A stretch of 64,000 bases of DNA from an uncultured Spirochaetota bacterium (GCA_963745235.1 CAVUXE010000028.1:93171-157170); one strand, 5' to 3'; positions 38,897 through 48,228 are shown, counted from the stretch's first letter. Translations and numbers: made by a program. The notes: generated from the sequence alone by a model not told the origin.

Positions 38897-40279
38897 ATGA
38901 AGACAAAGGTTCTCATTGCGCTGCTCGGCTTTTTCGCTTTGGTCGTGAGTCCCGCTGCGTGGGCCGAGCAGAAGCCCGACTCCGGCTCACCGGGAGGCAT
39001 CTCGCTCGGCGGAGCGGTTTCCACGGATGACCGTGTATCCACGGAAACGGATCCCGAGCTTTCGTTTCAGGAGTATCGCCTGGAGCTTGCGGCGGATGCC
39101 AGACCTGCCGAGGCGGCAAAGTTCCATGCGGAGGCATGGATCCGCTCTCCCGGCCTCCTCCCCTCAGCAGTCTCGGGGACTGACCTCTTCTCACCTGGCA
39201 GCGTTGCGCCAGTCGTGCTGGACCTTCGGGAAGCGTACTTCGAGCTGAACGGATTCATCTTTGACAATATCGATCTGAAGGTCGGCCGGCAGCGCATTGC
39301 GTGGGGAACGGCGGACAAGCTGAACGTCGTGGACAACGTGAACCCGATGGATCTCAGCGACCCGTGGGACTTCGGCAGGCGCCTCGGATCCGACGGCGCT
39401 CAGCTCAACGTGTACGCCGCAGGACTGCAGATCACGGCCCTTGCGGTGGCGCAATTCACTCCCGCTGTTCTTCCCGCGGGGCAATGGGCAACCGCCCTCC
39501 TGCCCTCCGCGGTGCAGGCGCCTCCCGGGCTGACCCTGGGCAGTGTCAGCTCGACCGCGACGCTCCCCGGTCTGTCCATCGCAAACAGCCTCACCGCGGG
39601 ACTGAGGGTCAAAGGCAATCTCCTGGGATACGACCTTTCCGTGTCCTATCTCTACGGCAGGCAAAGCCTGCCTGTCATCGACAGCATCGTCATCACGTCA
39701 CCCGGGTTGCCCGTCGTGAACGCTGTAACGGACCTGACCTATCCCAGGGAGCATATCTTCGGAGCGGACTTCGCGGGATCCGTTCTCGGGATCGGGGTCT
39801 GGGCGGAAGCGGCGGTTTTTCTCCCGCAAGAGGTGACCTTGACCACGGACTCCAGCCAGCTTCCGGGCGGAGGGGTGGTCCAGTCTGCCGCGCTGTCCAG
39901 CACGCCGTACGTGAAGTTCGTGGCAGGAGGAGACTACACCTTCCCCGGCGATGTCTATCTCAACGGCCAGTACGTGCATGGGCTTTTCCAGGAAGCGGGA
40001 TCAGGACACCTGAACGACTATTTCTCGGTGGACCTCGAATGGCGCCTGTTCGACGAGAAGGTAAAGCTCACGCTGCTCAGCTTCATCTTCGAGGTGGAGG
40101 ACTGGAGCGATATTCCGGACAACTACGCGATCCTGGCGGCCCCGTCCATCGGCATCCACCCCATGGACAACGCTGAGTTCGTGCTCGGCTTCCACTGGAT
40201 CCAGGCCGCCAGCTCCACGGTGTTCTCGGCTCTGAGCGGCCGCAACGAGGTCTTCGCCCACGCCCGCTACAGTTTCTGA
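38897..40279 (+). CDS. putative outer-membrane beta-barrel protein (DUF1302-like)
   Basis: 460 aa with signal peptide ...SPAAWAEQ. Contains the VGRQRIAWGTADKLN block, an alternating amphipathic pattern and a C-terminal ...HARYSF aromatic end. Confidence 0.6.
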   Translation: MKTKVLIALLGFFALVVSPAAWAEQKPDSGSPGGISLGGAVSTDDRVSTETDPELSFQEYRLELAADARPAEAAKFHAEAWIRSPGLLPSAVSGTDLFSPGSVAPVVLDLREAYFELNGFIFDNIDLKVGRQRIAWGTADKLNVVDNVNPMDLSDPWDFGRRLGSDGAQLNVYAAGLQITALAVAQFTPAVLPAGQWATALLPSAVQAPPGLTLGSVSSTATLPGLSIANSLTAGLRVKGNLLGYDLSVSYLYGRQSLPVIDSIVITSPGLPVVNAVTDLTYPREHIFGADFAGSVLGIGVWAEAAVFLPQEVTLTTDSSQLPGGGVVQSAALSSTPYVKFVAGGDYTFPGDVYLNGQYVHGLFQEAGSGHLNDYFSVDLEWRLFDEKVKLTLLSFIFEVEDWSDIPDNYAILAAPSIGIHPMDNAEFVLGFHWIQAASSTVFSALSGRNEVFAHARYSF

Positions 40280-40635
40280 TGGATAAGGCTATCAGGAAGT
40301 ACAACGCCGATCTCCTTCGCGGAAGCACCGATGGCCTGCTCCTGCACGTGATCAACGAGCTGGGGGAAACCTACGCGTACCGCATCATCAAGGAGCTCGA
40401 TGCAAGAAGCGCCGGATACTTCCGATTCAGCGCGGGAACCACGTACCCGGCGTTGCACAGGCTGGAGGATCAGGGACTCATACACGGAGAGTGGAAAAAA
40501 ATCGACCGCGGCGCCGCGCGGCGCTACTATACCATAACGGGTGCGGGGCAGGAGCTGCTGTGCAGAAAGCGTGTGATGTGGCGTGATTTTACGCGCGCCA
40601 TGGCGCTTGTCATAGCCGTGAAAACGCTTCCATGA
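40279..40635 (+). CDS. PadR-family transcriptional regulator
   Basis: 118 aa with YAYRIIKELDARSAGYFRFSAGTTYPALHRLEDQGLI. The start overlaps the upstream stop (TGATG). Confidence 0.85.
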   Translation: MDKAIRKYNADLLRGSTDGLLLHVINELGETYAYRIIKELDARSAGYFRFSAGTTYPALHRLEDQGLIHGEWKKIDRGAARRYYTITGAGQELLCRKRVMWRDFTRAMALVIAVKTLP

Positions 40636-40737
40636 CCCGCGCGCGCACTGATACTTGAAGTTGCAATTGCCGCCAAGGGAGGTGACTGAAGGCTGCCGAC
40701 CCTGTGGCCACTACCCCTGCCGATTCAGAACCTTGGG

Positions 40738-43434
40738 CTACTGAGAAACAATAAGAGACGCATAGCTGCTCCACCAGGTGGCAGTCGTATATGTGGCAAC
40801 GCTCGCGGCCGGAACCATGATAGTCGAAAGCCTGGCACAACCCGCGAACATCGCCCCTGAGTCAGAAGAAGGAGGGACCAGGGGATTGAGGATGACGCTC
40901 GTCAGATTCCCACAGTTCCAGAAAGCTTCACTTCCGATGAAAGCTACCTTGCCAGGAATTGAGATGCCGCTCAGGCCGGTAGCTGCAAATGCCTGGTCAC
41001 CGATGGATGAGACGCCGTTCCCCAGGGTTGCGGTGGTCAAACCAGAACAGCCTTGAAACGCACTCTGACCGACGGTTGCTACGCTGTCCGGCAATGACAA
41101 ACTTGCCAGGTTCGCGCAGGCTCCAAAAGCGTACAACCCAAGAGAAGCTACCTTGCTGCCGATCGTTACGTTCGTCAAGCTCAGGCAGTCATAGAACGTC
41201 CAGTCAGGAATCGTAGTGAGGCCGTTCCCAATAGTCGCGTTTGCCAGGCTGATACAACCGTAGAATACGTTTGTCCCGAGGGAAAGGACACCGTCTGGGA
41301 TCGACACGCTTGTCAGCCCAGAGCCCTGGAAAGCCGAGCCTCCAATGGAAAGCACGCTGTTGGGGATCGTTACATTCGTCAGCTTTGTGCAACCATAAAA
41401 CGCATTTCCGCCTATGACCGTTACACTGCCCGGTATTGTCACGCTCGACAGGTTCTTGCAGCCGTTGAACAGATTGCCTCCCAACGAGCTCACGCTGCCG
41501 GGGAGAGAAACACTCGGCAGGACGACGCAATTCATGAACACGCCGTTGCCCAGAGCAGTCACGGTGCCTGGCAGATTCACACTGTTCAGGCTCGCGCAAC
41601 TGCTGAAAGCTCCGTCCCCAATGGAGGTGACCCCCGACGGGATTGTGACGCTCGTCAGGCCGGTCGCGGAGAATGCATTTGTGCCAATTGATTTCACGCT
41701 GCCGGGTATCGTGACATTTGTCAGACTTGCGCAGCCCTCGAACATCGAATTACCGATTGAGACGACCCCGCTGGGAATCTCAACGGATGTCAGTCGATAG
41801 CAGCCGTAGAAAAGCGAATCACCGAAAGAGGCTGAGCTGCCAAGAATCGTGACGCTGCTGAGTCCGGCGCAATTTGCAAATGCGCCATAACCCAGGGTCA
41901 CAGTGCTTGCGGGCAACATTATACTTGCGAGATTTCCGCAGTTTTCGAAGGCTTGCTTCCCGATCGAGGTGATACCGTTCGGCACCGTGACGCTCGTCAT
42001 TGCACAACCGTCGAATGCATAGTCACCGATGCTCGTGACCGGCGATCCTTCCCAGGTGGCCGGAATAATCACATTTCCGTCGGAGCCGGTGTAGGCTGTT
42101 ACGCTGTAGGCTGTGTTTCCGTTGACAGGCGTGAAAACGAGGCCTGGCGTGTATGTCAACCAGATAGCGTAGAGAGTCACATTCGCGTTGCCCATCATGA
42201 AGGTCTGACCGGGAGCATACCAGGTTCCGCCGCCGTTGGCTTGCGTGTTCCAATACGCGAAGTTGGAGCCAGGGCTCGTGAGGTAGCCGCTGTTGCCCGA
42301 CACCGTGACCATCTGACCTTGTCCATAGAAATTTGGATCTGTAGGAGGCGTTCCTCCAGTGTTGCCGTTGCCATTGTACATGACGCGGTACGCCGCGTTT
42401 ACCGTCACGGTCGCCACAGCGGAAATCGCCGAGCCTTCAGCGAGCTTGAAGTAGTAGCTTCCTGCCACAGACGTGGCGTCCGCCGCCATGGTTATCACAG
42501 CCGCGTTGCCGGTCACGGCGGTTACCGAGGGCGTTATGCCGGTCGGCGCCGTTGTCGTGGCGGACCCGGCCGTCGAGGTGTACCAGGTAAAGGTGCCCGT
42601 GGTTCCAGCACTCACATTGGCGGTGCTCACCGCGAACGTGGCGGCTCCCGCAGTGCCGCTGATGATGGTTCCTGTTTGACCAGCCAGGGTGACAGTCGGG
42701 GTCCCCGGCGAAGTCACTGTCACGGTCGCCACAGCGGAAATCGCCGAGCCTTCAGCGAGCTTGAAGTAGTAGCTTCCTGCCACAGACGTGGCGTCCGCCG
42801 CTATGGTTATCACAGCCGCGTTGCCGTTCACCACGGCTACCGAGGGCGTTATGCCGGTCGGCGCCGTTGTCGTGGCAGTCCCGGCCGTGGAGGTGTACCA
42901 GGTAAAGGTCCCTGTGGTTCCAGCACTGACGTCAGCAGTGGTCACCGCGAACGTGGCGGTTCCCGCAGTGCCGCTGGTGAGGGTTCCTGTTTGACCAGCC
43001 AGGGTGACAGTCGGTGTCCCTGCCGAGATCACCGTCACGGTCGCCACAGCGGAAACCGCCGAACCTTCAGCGAGCTTGAAGTAGTAGCTGCCCGCCACAG
43101 CCGTGGCGTCCGCCGCCATGGTTATCACCGCCGCGTTGCCGGTCACGGCGGTTACCGAGGGCGCTATGCCGGTCGGCGCCGTTGTCGTGGCAGTGCCGGC
43201 CATGGATGTGTACCAGGTAAAGACCCCTGTGGTTCCAGCACTGACATCAGCGGTGGTCACCGCGAACGTGGCGGCGCCTGCAGTGCCGCTGGTGATGGCT
43301 CCCGTTTGACCAGCCAGGGTGACAGTCGGAGAATTACCTGCGACGGTCGAGGTCCCCCCGCCTGGCACCGGGCATCCGGTGAAAATGAGAAGCGCGAGCA
43401 GCAGAGAAGCTCCAAAGGCGAGACCATTCTTCAT
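40738..43434 (-). CDS. surface lipoprotein: three 105-aa Ig-like repeats, one Listeria-Bacteroides repeat, and a long BspA-type leucine-rich repeat (LRR_5) region
   Basis: ORF 40738..43533. The likely start MKNGLAFGASLLLALLIFTGC (lipobox) at 43434 follows GGAGAG. YRVMYNGNGNTGGTPPTDP...FAYWNTQANGGG matches the Listeria-Bacteroides repeat. The C-terminal 460 aa are about 23-aa repeats of the type V.IP.SVTSIG..AF..C..L. Confidence 0.85.
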   Translation of the reverse strand: MKNGLAFGASLLLALLIFTGCPVPGGGTSTVAGNSPTVTLAGQTGAITSGTAGAATFAVTTADVSAGTTGVFTWYTSMAGTATTTAPTGIAPSVTAVTGNAAVITMAADATAVAGSYYFKLAEGSAVSAVATVTVISAGTPTVTLAGQTGTLTSGTAGTATFAVTTADVSAGTTGTFTWYTSTAGTATTTAPTGITPSVAVVNGNAAVITIAADATSVAGSYYFKLAEGSAISAVATVTVTSPGTPTVTLAGQTGTIISGTAGAATFAVSTANVSAGTTGTFTWYTSTAGSATTTAPTGITPSVTAVTGNAAVITMAADATSVAGSYYFKLAEGSAISAVATVTVNAAYRVMYNGNGNTGGTPPTDPNFYGQGQMVTVSGNSGYLTSPGSNFAYWNTQANGGGTWYAPGQTFMMGNANVTLYAIWLTYTPGLVFTPVNGNTAYSVTAYTGSDGNVIIPATWEGSPVTSIGDYAFDGCAMTSVTVPNGITSIGKQAFENCGNLASIMLPASTVTLGYGAFANCAGLSSVTILGSSASFGDSLFYGCYRLTSVEIPSGVVSIGNSMFEGCASLTNVTIPGSVKSIGTNAFSATGLTSVTIPSGVTSIGDGAFSSCASLNSVNLPGTVTALGNGVFMNCVVLPSVSLPGSVSSLGGNLFNGCKNLSSVTIPGSVTVIGGNAFYGCTKLTNVTIPNSVLSIGGSAFQGSGLTSVSIPDGVLSLGTNVFYGCISLANATIGNGLTTIPDWTFYDCLSLTNVTIGSKVASLGLYAFGACANLASLSLPDSVATVGQSAFQGCSGLTTATLGNGVSSIGDQAFAATGLSGISIPGKVAFIGSEAFWNCGNLTSVILNPLVPPSSDSGAMFAGCARLSTIMVPAASVATYTTATWWSSYASLIVSQ
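42385..43329 (-). repeat. 3 x 315-bp near-identical in-frame tandem repeats inside the LRR lipoprotein gene
   Basis: Protein repeats run PTVTLAGQTG...AVATVTV (105 aa each). The plus-strand shadow ORFs at 42473, 42788 and 43103 are spaced exactly 315 nt apart and are nearly identical. Confidence 0.9.
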
Positions 43435-43474
43435 GGACATTCTCTCCATCAACGGGCCCCCGTTCACACGGGGG

Positions 43475-43519
43475 CAAAAACAAAGCGGGATCGGTCCCCG
43501 CTTGTGCACCGATCCCGCT
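43475..43519 (-). terminator. rho-independent terminator (12-bp perfect stem, 12-nt loop, TTGTTTTTG tail) downstream of the TPP-enzyme gene
   Basis: AGCGGGATCGGT (43484..43495) pairs with ACCGATCCCGCT (43508..43519). On the minus strand the stem is followed by TTGTTTTTG. Confidence 0.75.
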
Positions 43520-43632
43520 CTCCACTTTCTCAATTATGCTTTTGCGACATGATGGGGCAGCAGGGGAAGGAACGACAATCAGGTAGTTGCCTATTTTGAT
43601 AGGGGAAACTCCCGACTGGGGCGCCGCCGCAG

Positions 43633-45303
43633 TCACCTGATGGCGGAATCGATTTTTGCGTCGATCAGGTAAGGCCCGCCGCTCGTGAAACCACGCAGCA
43701 GCGCGGCGGAGACATCAGCCGCTCGGGTGACCTGTTCGCCCGGCACACCGAGAGAGCGAGCCAGGGCAACGTGATCGATGAGCGGTCGATCCAGATCCAT
43801 TCCAACGAAGGTTTCATCGCATGCAGAGAAGCCTTTGAGGGAGAGCACGCGCTGCTTGAGAATGCGATAGCAGGCGTTGTTGAAGATGACAAAAACAACA
43901 GCAATTGAATCTCGCGCGGCAGTCCACAAGGCCTGGATTGTATACATCGCGCTGCCGTCTCCAAGGAGAGCAACAACCGGGCGTGCAGGGAGGGCAAGCT
44001 TGATCCCCATTGCGGCAGGAAGGCCCCACCCGATGCCCCCACCCCTCATCCCGAAGAGTGCTTTCGAGTCTGCGCAGGGAAAGAACTGGCGGATGCCTTC
44101 TACGGAAGAAAGGACCTCTTCGACGATCGTCACGTCCTTCGGGACGCCGCGCGCAACGGCCTGAACGAGACTGAGAGCGGAGATCGGGGTCAGGGCCGAA
44201 TCCTTTGTCGCGCGCTTGTTCAGCTCTTCCAGCACTCGCCGGTGCTCCGCTCCGGCGGCCTCTCTTCGTCGAGCCGCGTCCGGATGGCCTTGCCTGGAGG
44301 TATGTCGGCGAAATGCCTCCGTGAGCTCCGGGAGAGTGACCTTTGGATCCCCCTGGAGCGCAACGGTCGCGGGATAGTTCTTGCCGAGCTCCCACGGGTC
44401 CTGATCGAGATGAACCACGACAAGCCCCGGGGGGAACGGGTCGATCTGGTCCGGCAGCGAAAGGGTGAAAAGGTCCGCTCCCACCGAGAACAGCAGGTCA
44501 TGGCGGTCGAGCATCGCACGAATCTGCGGAGCAAGACGCGACATGGAGCCGGCGTACTGCGGGTGAGTGAACGGGAATGCGCACGTTGAGGCCATGCACT
44601 CGTTGATCACCGCGCAGCCGACAAGCTCCGCAAGCTCCACAAGCTCAGCGAGCGCGTCACCATGGGCCACAACATCTCCCACCACAATGAGAGGGCGCTC
44701 GGCCCTGGCCAGGAGACGCGCAGCCTGATCGATTGCCGAGCGATCGGCGACCATCCCCGAGGCTATCCTTGTGGGACTCAACAGATCGTAGTCGCGCTCG
44801 CTGTTGAGCACGTCGACGGGAAGCGAGAGAAAGACCGGCCCTGTCGGATGAGCGAGGGCCGTTTTCGTGGCACGCCGCAGGAGACGTGGCAGATCCTCCG
44901 CCCTGCGGACCTCTCCCGACCACTTGACCAGCGGCTTGGCCAGCGGAGGAAGGTCGGCCCACACGACCGGCTCAGTGGCCGTGAACGACTGGTCGTGCTG
45001 GCCTGCCGTCAGGAGGAGCGGAGCCCCGGATTTCTGGGCGTTGTAGAGCATGCCCAGGGCGTTGCCGAGCCCGGGGGCGATGTGCACGCTCGCCACGGCG
45101 AGGCCGCCGCTCCCCAGCGCGAACCCGTCCGCCATTCCGACAGCCACTGACTCGTGAAGAGCCAGCACGTAACGGATGGAGGGCTCCCGGACAAGTGCGT
45201 CCATGAGCGGAAGCTCCGTGGTGCCAGGGTTGCCGAAAATGACCCCCACCCCTTCCTGTTTCAGGATCTCGAGGAATGCCTGCCTGCCGGTGGTTTGTGC
45301 CAT
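43633..45303 (-). CDS. thiamine-pyrophosphate-dependent enzyme (benzoylformate decarboxylase / acetolactate synthase-like)
   Basis: 556 aa with N-terminal FGNPGTTELPLMDAL and the TPP motif LLGDGSAMYTIQALWTAARDSIAVVFVIFNN. Confidence 0.85.
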   Translation of the reverse strand: MAQTTGRQAFLEILKQEGVGVIFGNPGTTELPLMDALVREPSIRYVLALHESVAVGMADGFALGSGGLAVASVHIAPGLGNALGMLYNAQKSGAPLLLTAGQHDQSFTATEPVVWADLPPLAKPLVKWSGEVRRAEDLPRLLRRATKTALAHPTGPVFLSLPVDVLNSERDYDLLSPTRIASGMVADRSAIDQAARLLARAERPLIVVGDVVAHGDALAELVELAELVGCAVINECMASTCAFPFTHPQYAGSMSRLAPQIRAMLDRHDLLFSVGADLFTLSLPDQIDPFPPGLVVVHLDQDPWELGKNYPATVALQGDPKVTLPELTEAFRRHTSRQGHPDAARRREAAGAEHRRVLEELNKRATKDSALTPISALSLVQAVARGVPKDVTIVEEVLSSVEGIRQFFPCADSKALFGMRGGGIGWGLPAAMGIKLALPARPVVALLGDGSAMYTIQALWTAARDSIAVVFVIFNNACYRILKQRVLSLKGFSACDETFVGMDLDRPLIDHVALARSLGVPGEQVTRAADVSAALLRGFTSGGPYLIDAKIDSAIR

Positions 45304-45389
45304 GACTCCGTATGATATCCTACAGGAAGCTTTTTGTGAGGCCTGTCGAGGACGGGGTCATGCCCCGCGGTGTCCGGGAGCGCCGGCTT

Positions 45390-46316
45390 CTATGGATGCA
45401 CTCTCAAGACGATGCGACCCCTCCCGTGCCTTGCCTGGCTCAGGTCCTGCGCTGCCCCCGCCTCAGCCAACGGGAAGATCCTGCCGACTTCGGCGCGCAA
45501 GGTTCCCGCGGCCGCCATTTCACCAATCATCTTCAATTTCTCGGTTGGTCCGCGATTCGAATGGACAGCCTTCACCCCACGTGCCCTGGCCTTTTCTTCC
45601 GAAACCTGGCCGGCCATGGTCACAAGCACGCCTCCCTTTCCGAGCAGTCCATAGGATCTTTCCAGGGTTTCCCCGCCGACCGTGTCGATGACGACATCAG
45701 CATCCTTGATTTCCGCGTCAAGGGATCCCTTCGTATAGTCCACAAACCTCTCCGCCCCGATGGATTTCACGAACTCCTGGTTGGCAGCGGAAGCCGTTCC
45801 GGTCACGCGTGCCCCCTTCATGCGGGCGAATTGAACCGCAAAAAGCCCGACTCCTCCAGCCGCGCCCTGGACAACGACGGTCTGTGCAGCCTTGATTCCG
45901 GCATCCTCGACCGTCTGCCAGGCCGTCAGCGCTCCAACGGGGAGGGTGGCAGCCAGCTCGAAGCTCACGCTATCCGGCTTGGCCGTGACATCACTGGCTG
46001 ATGCAATTGCGTATTCAGCGTATGCGCCTTTTGCAACACCGAAGATGGCTTGTCCCTTTTTCAAGGTCCGCACTCCTGGACCGAGCTCTTCGATGGTGCC
46101 GGAGACATCGATGCCGGGGATGAAAGGGAGCTGGAGCGGCATGTAGTCCTTGAGGAAGCCGGCCCGCAACTTCCAATCGACGGGATTGACTCCAGCGAAA
46201 TGCACCTTGATCAATACCTCGTTGGCCTTTGGCACGGGCCGGGGGATTGTTTCCAGGATCAGTTTTTCTGAACCGCCATACTCATGAAAACGGATCACCC
46301 TCATTTGTTCAGACAT
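45390..46316 (-). CDS. NADPH:quinone oxidoreductase-type MDR dehydrogenase
   Basis: The start MSEQMRVIRFHEYGG at 46316 follows AAGGAG. Contains VHFAGVNPVDWK and the Rossmann motif VQGAAGGVG. Confidence 0.85.
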   Translation of the reverse strand: MSEQMRVIRFHEYGGSEKLILETIPRPVPKANEVLIKVHFAGVNPVDWKLRAGFLKDYMPLQLPFIPGIDVSGTIEELGPGVRTLKKGQAIFGVAKGAYAEYAIASASDVTAKPDSVSFELAATLPVGALTAWQTVEDAGIKAAQTVVVQGAAGGVGLFAVQFARMKGARVTGTASAANQEFVKSIGAERFVDYTKGSLDAEIKDADVVIDTVGGETLERSYGLLGKGGVLVTMAGQVSEEKARARGVKAVHSNRGPTEKLKMIGEMAAAGTLRAEVGRIFPLAEAGAAQDLSQARHGRGRIVLRVHP

Positions 46317-46468
46317 ATGACACTCCTTCTTGAATCTTTTCACAAACGTAAGCAATGGATGCCCGAACGCCAACTCGGGACTCTCGTTCAAGCTGCCGTC
46401 GCCGCCGGGCTCGAGTATGCTGGCGGGCACGAATCGGTTTCGATATACTCCGATCTGGGAGGGGCAGC

Positions 46469-47106
46469 ATGAACCGAGTAGTCGTTGGGAAGGACGTAAT
46501 CCCCTTCTCAATTACCTATAGTCCGAAGGCAAGGAGAAAGAGAATTGTCATAGCCCCGTCCGGGGTGAGAGTGGTCCTCCCTCATGGATCACAGGAGAAG
46601 GAAGCAACTGAGCTGATCGAAAGCTTGAAACACAGGGTCCATCGTGCCATGGAAAAAGTGTTGAAGCAGGATGAGAGGCTCAAGGGAGTTACGGACATCC
46701 ACTATGTTTCGGGAACGAAAATACCCTTCCTGGGAAACGAGCTGCCTTTGCTTGTCTGCCCGGAACGGAGAAAGCGCTCTCGTCTTGAATACGATGGCCG
46801 CCTGATCGTGAGAGTCCCCGTTGGTTTGCCGTCTCAGGGTATGAATGCGGAGGTGAAAAGAAAGGTCGAAGGTTGGATCAAGAAGGAAATGCATGGGGAA
46901 GCTGCGGGAGGAATCACGTCATAAACTTGAATTGGAAGCTTGCCCTGTTTCCACGGAAGGCCTTTGAGTACGTTGTTGCCCATGAAATGTGTCACATGCG
47001 GCACCTGGATCACTCGAAGGCGTTTTGGAAGCTTCTTTCCTCACTCATGCCCGGATATCAAGAGCAAAGAGATTGGCTGAAGTTCAGAGGGCACGGCTGT
47101 CCGTAG
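46469..47106 (+). pseudogene. DUF45/YgjP-like (M48-related, HExxH) metal-dependent hydrolase with an internal deletion plus a frameshift near 46873-46890
   Basis: Built from ORFs 46355..46924 and 46873..47106. The N-terminal part ends ...KVEGWIKKE. The second frame starts ...AWGSCGRNHVINLNWKL...YVVAHEMCHMRHLDHSKAFW. About 30 aa normally lie between these blocks and are missing here. Confidence 0.6.
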
Positions 47107-47163
47107 GAGGTCCCTCTCCCCAAGACTTGACCGGTGTCTTCATTGGCTCAATAATCGGGAAGT

Positions 47164-47922
47164 GTGAAGATCGAGAATTGGATTGAGGCCAACGAGTCCA
47201 AGATCGATTCCGACCAATTGTTCAGCGAATGGGTAGAAATGCACTCCACTCACAACTATTGGAGGGAAGAACAAGCGTCCATAATCGTTCGAACCTTGGA
47301 ATCGATCGACGTCGAACATCCAATCGTCATTGATCTCATATGTGGAGCCGGAGGGCTTTCCGAGTTTTTGCTGAAATGGCTTCCCAATGCCAGGATTATT
47401 GGGTTGGATGCCAACCCGTTTCTCCTCATGATATACAGAAATCATCTTGCGGAGTACAAGCACAGGTTTTCTCTTGTTCAAGGAGATGTCAGAGACGATC
47501 GAGCGATAAAGGGAGCAGGGACCTTCCACGCCGCGGTTTCCTTCACTTCTTTCCACAATCTCACCCGTCAAAGCATACTGAAGGTTTATCACAATCTCCA
47601 TGAGTCCCTTCCGAAGGGTGGGCTGTTTGTAACTGGTGACGTTACGACACTATCGGACACCTGGTTGGAGGGGCTTCACCTATCCGCGAGGTCCGAGAAG
47701 CCTGTAATTCGGATGGTCGACTTCTGGCAACGAATAAAGGACAGATACGGCATTGCAGAAGAGATTGACGAAATGAATGCACTCACTTCCATCAGGGATA
47801 CCCCGGAACACGGGTACCCGCCATCCTTCTACGTCAACAGCTTGCGGTGGGCGGGATTCGGAATTGCCGATGTGGTTTTCCAGGCTGGAAACAGGATCGT
47901 GTATTGCGGGAAGAAAGTCTAG
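47164..47922 (+). CDS. class I SAM-dependent methyltransferase
   Basis: 252 aa with motif I VIDLICGAGGLSE and ...LDANP.... GTG start. Confidence 0.75.
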   Translation: MKIENWIEANESKIDSDQLFSEWVEMHSTHNYWREEQASIIVRTLESIDVEHPIVIDLICGAGGLSEFLLKWLPNARIIGLDANPFLLMIYRNHLAEYKHRFSLVQGDVRDDRAIKGAGTFHAAVSFTSFHNLTRQSILKVYHNLHESLPKGGLFVTGDVTTLSDTWLEGLHLSARSEKPVIRMVDFWQRIKDRYGIAEEIDEMNALTSIRDTPEHGYPPSFYVNSLRWAGFGIADVVFQAGNRIVYCGKKV

Positions 47923-47936
47923 AAACAGATCCCCTT

Positions 47937-48140
47937 CTAGTTCTGCCGGAATCTCTTTCCCTGCCACTGTCGAAACGCAAGCCGCGCGAGCCGTTTCTCC
48001 GCCGCGCTTCCCTTCTTTTCGAAGAAGAGCACCTGCGCCTTGGCTTGTTCGTCGTTCGAAAAGGCTTGTTGAGCGTCTACCACTTTTTCTGTTGGCTTTC
48101 CATTTTCAATCCAATAGACCGAACCACCAATCTTGGGCAT
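47937..48140 (-). CDS. small hypothetical protein (67 aa)
   Basis: An internal ATG of ORF 47937..48194 is preceded by AGGAGG at a 9-nt spacing. The product is MPKIGGSVYWIENGKPTEKVVDAQQAFSNDEQAKAQVLFFEKKG..., with no family recognised. Confidence 0.45.
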   Translation of the reverse strand: MPKIGGSVYWIENGKPTEKVVDAQQAFSNDEQAKAQVLFFEKKGSAAEKRLARLAFRQWQGKRFRQN

Positions 48141-48200
48141 GTAGCAAAATCCTCCTGAACAGTTGAAGACATCACAAATTGCGTTTGTTGTCAACCTGTC

Positions 48201-48228
48201 ATGAGTTGCTGTGTGATGAGTTGCTGTG
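48201..48228. repeat. two direct copies of ATGAGTTGCTGTG separated by TG
   Basis: Read directly. It lies in the 52-nt gap between the ankyrin gene stop and the small ORF. Confidence 0.8.

Noticed and set aside
42473-43309. Three nearly identical 68-codon plus-strand ORFs spaced 315 nt apart, which could be mistaken for a gene family or a repeat-spacer array.
   Set aside because: They are antisense shadows of the three in-frame 315-bp repeats of the LRR lipoprotein gene. There are no unique spacers and no CRISPR-like short repeats.
46355-47922. A DUF45 metallohydrolase next to a SAM methyltransferase, which could be a restriction-modification or defence remnant.
   Set aside because: There is no restriction endonuclease, specificity subunit, helicase or DNA-methyltransferase motif (no DPPY/NPPY or PC/ENV blocks seen). 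The methyltransferase looks like a generic small-molecule class I enzyme.
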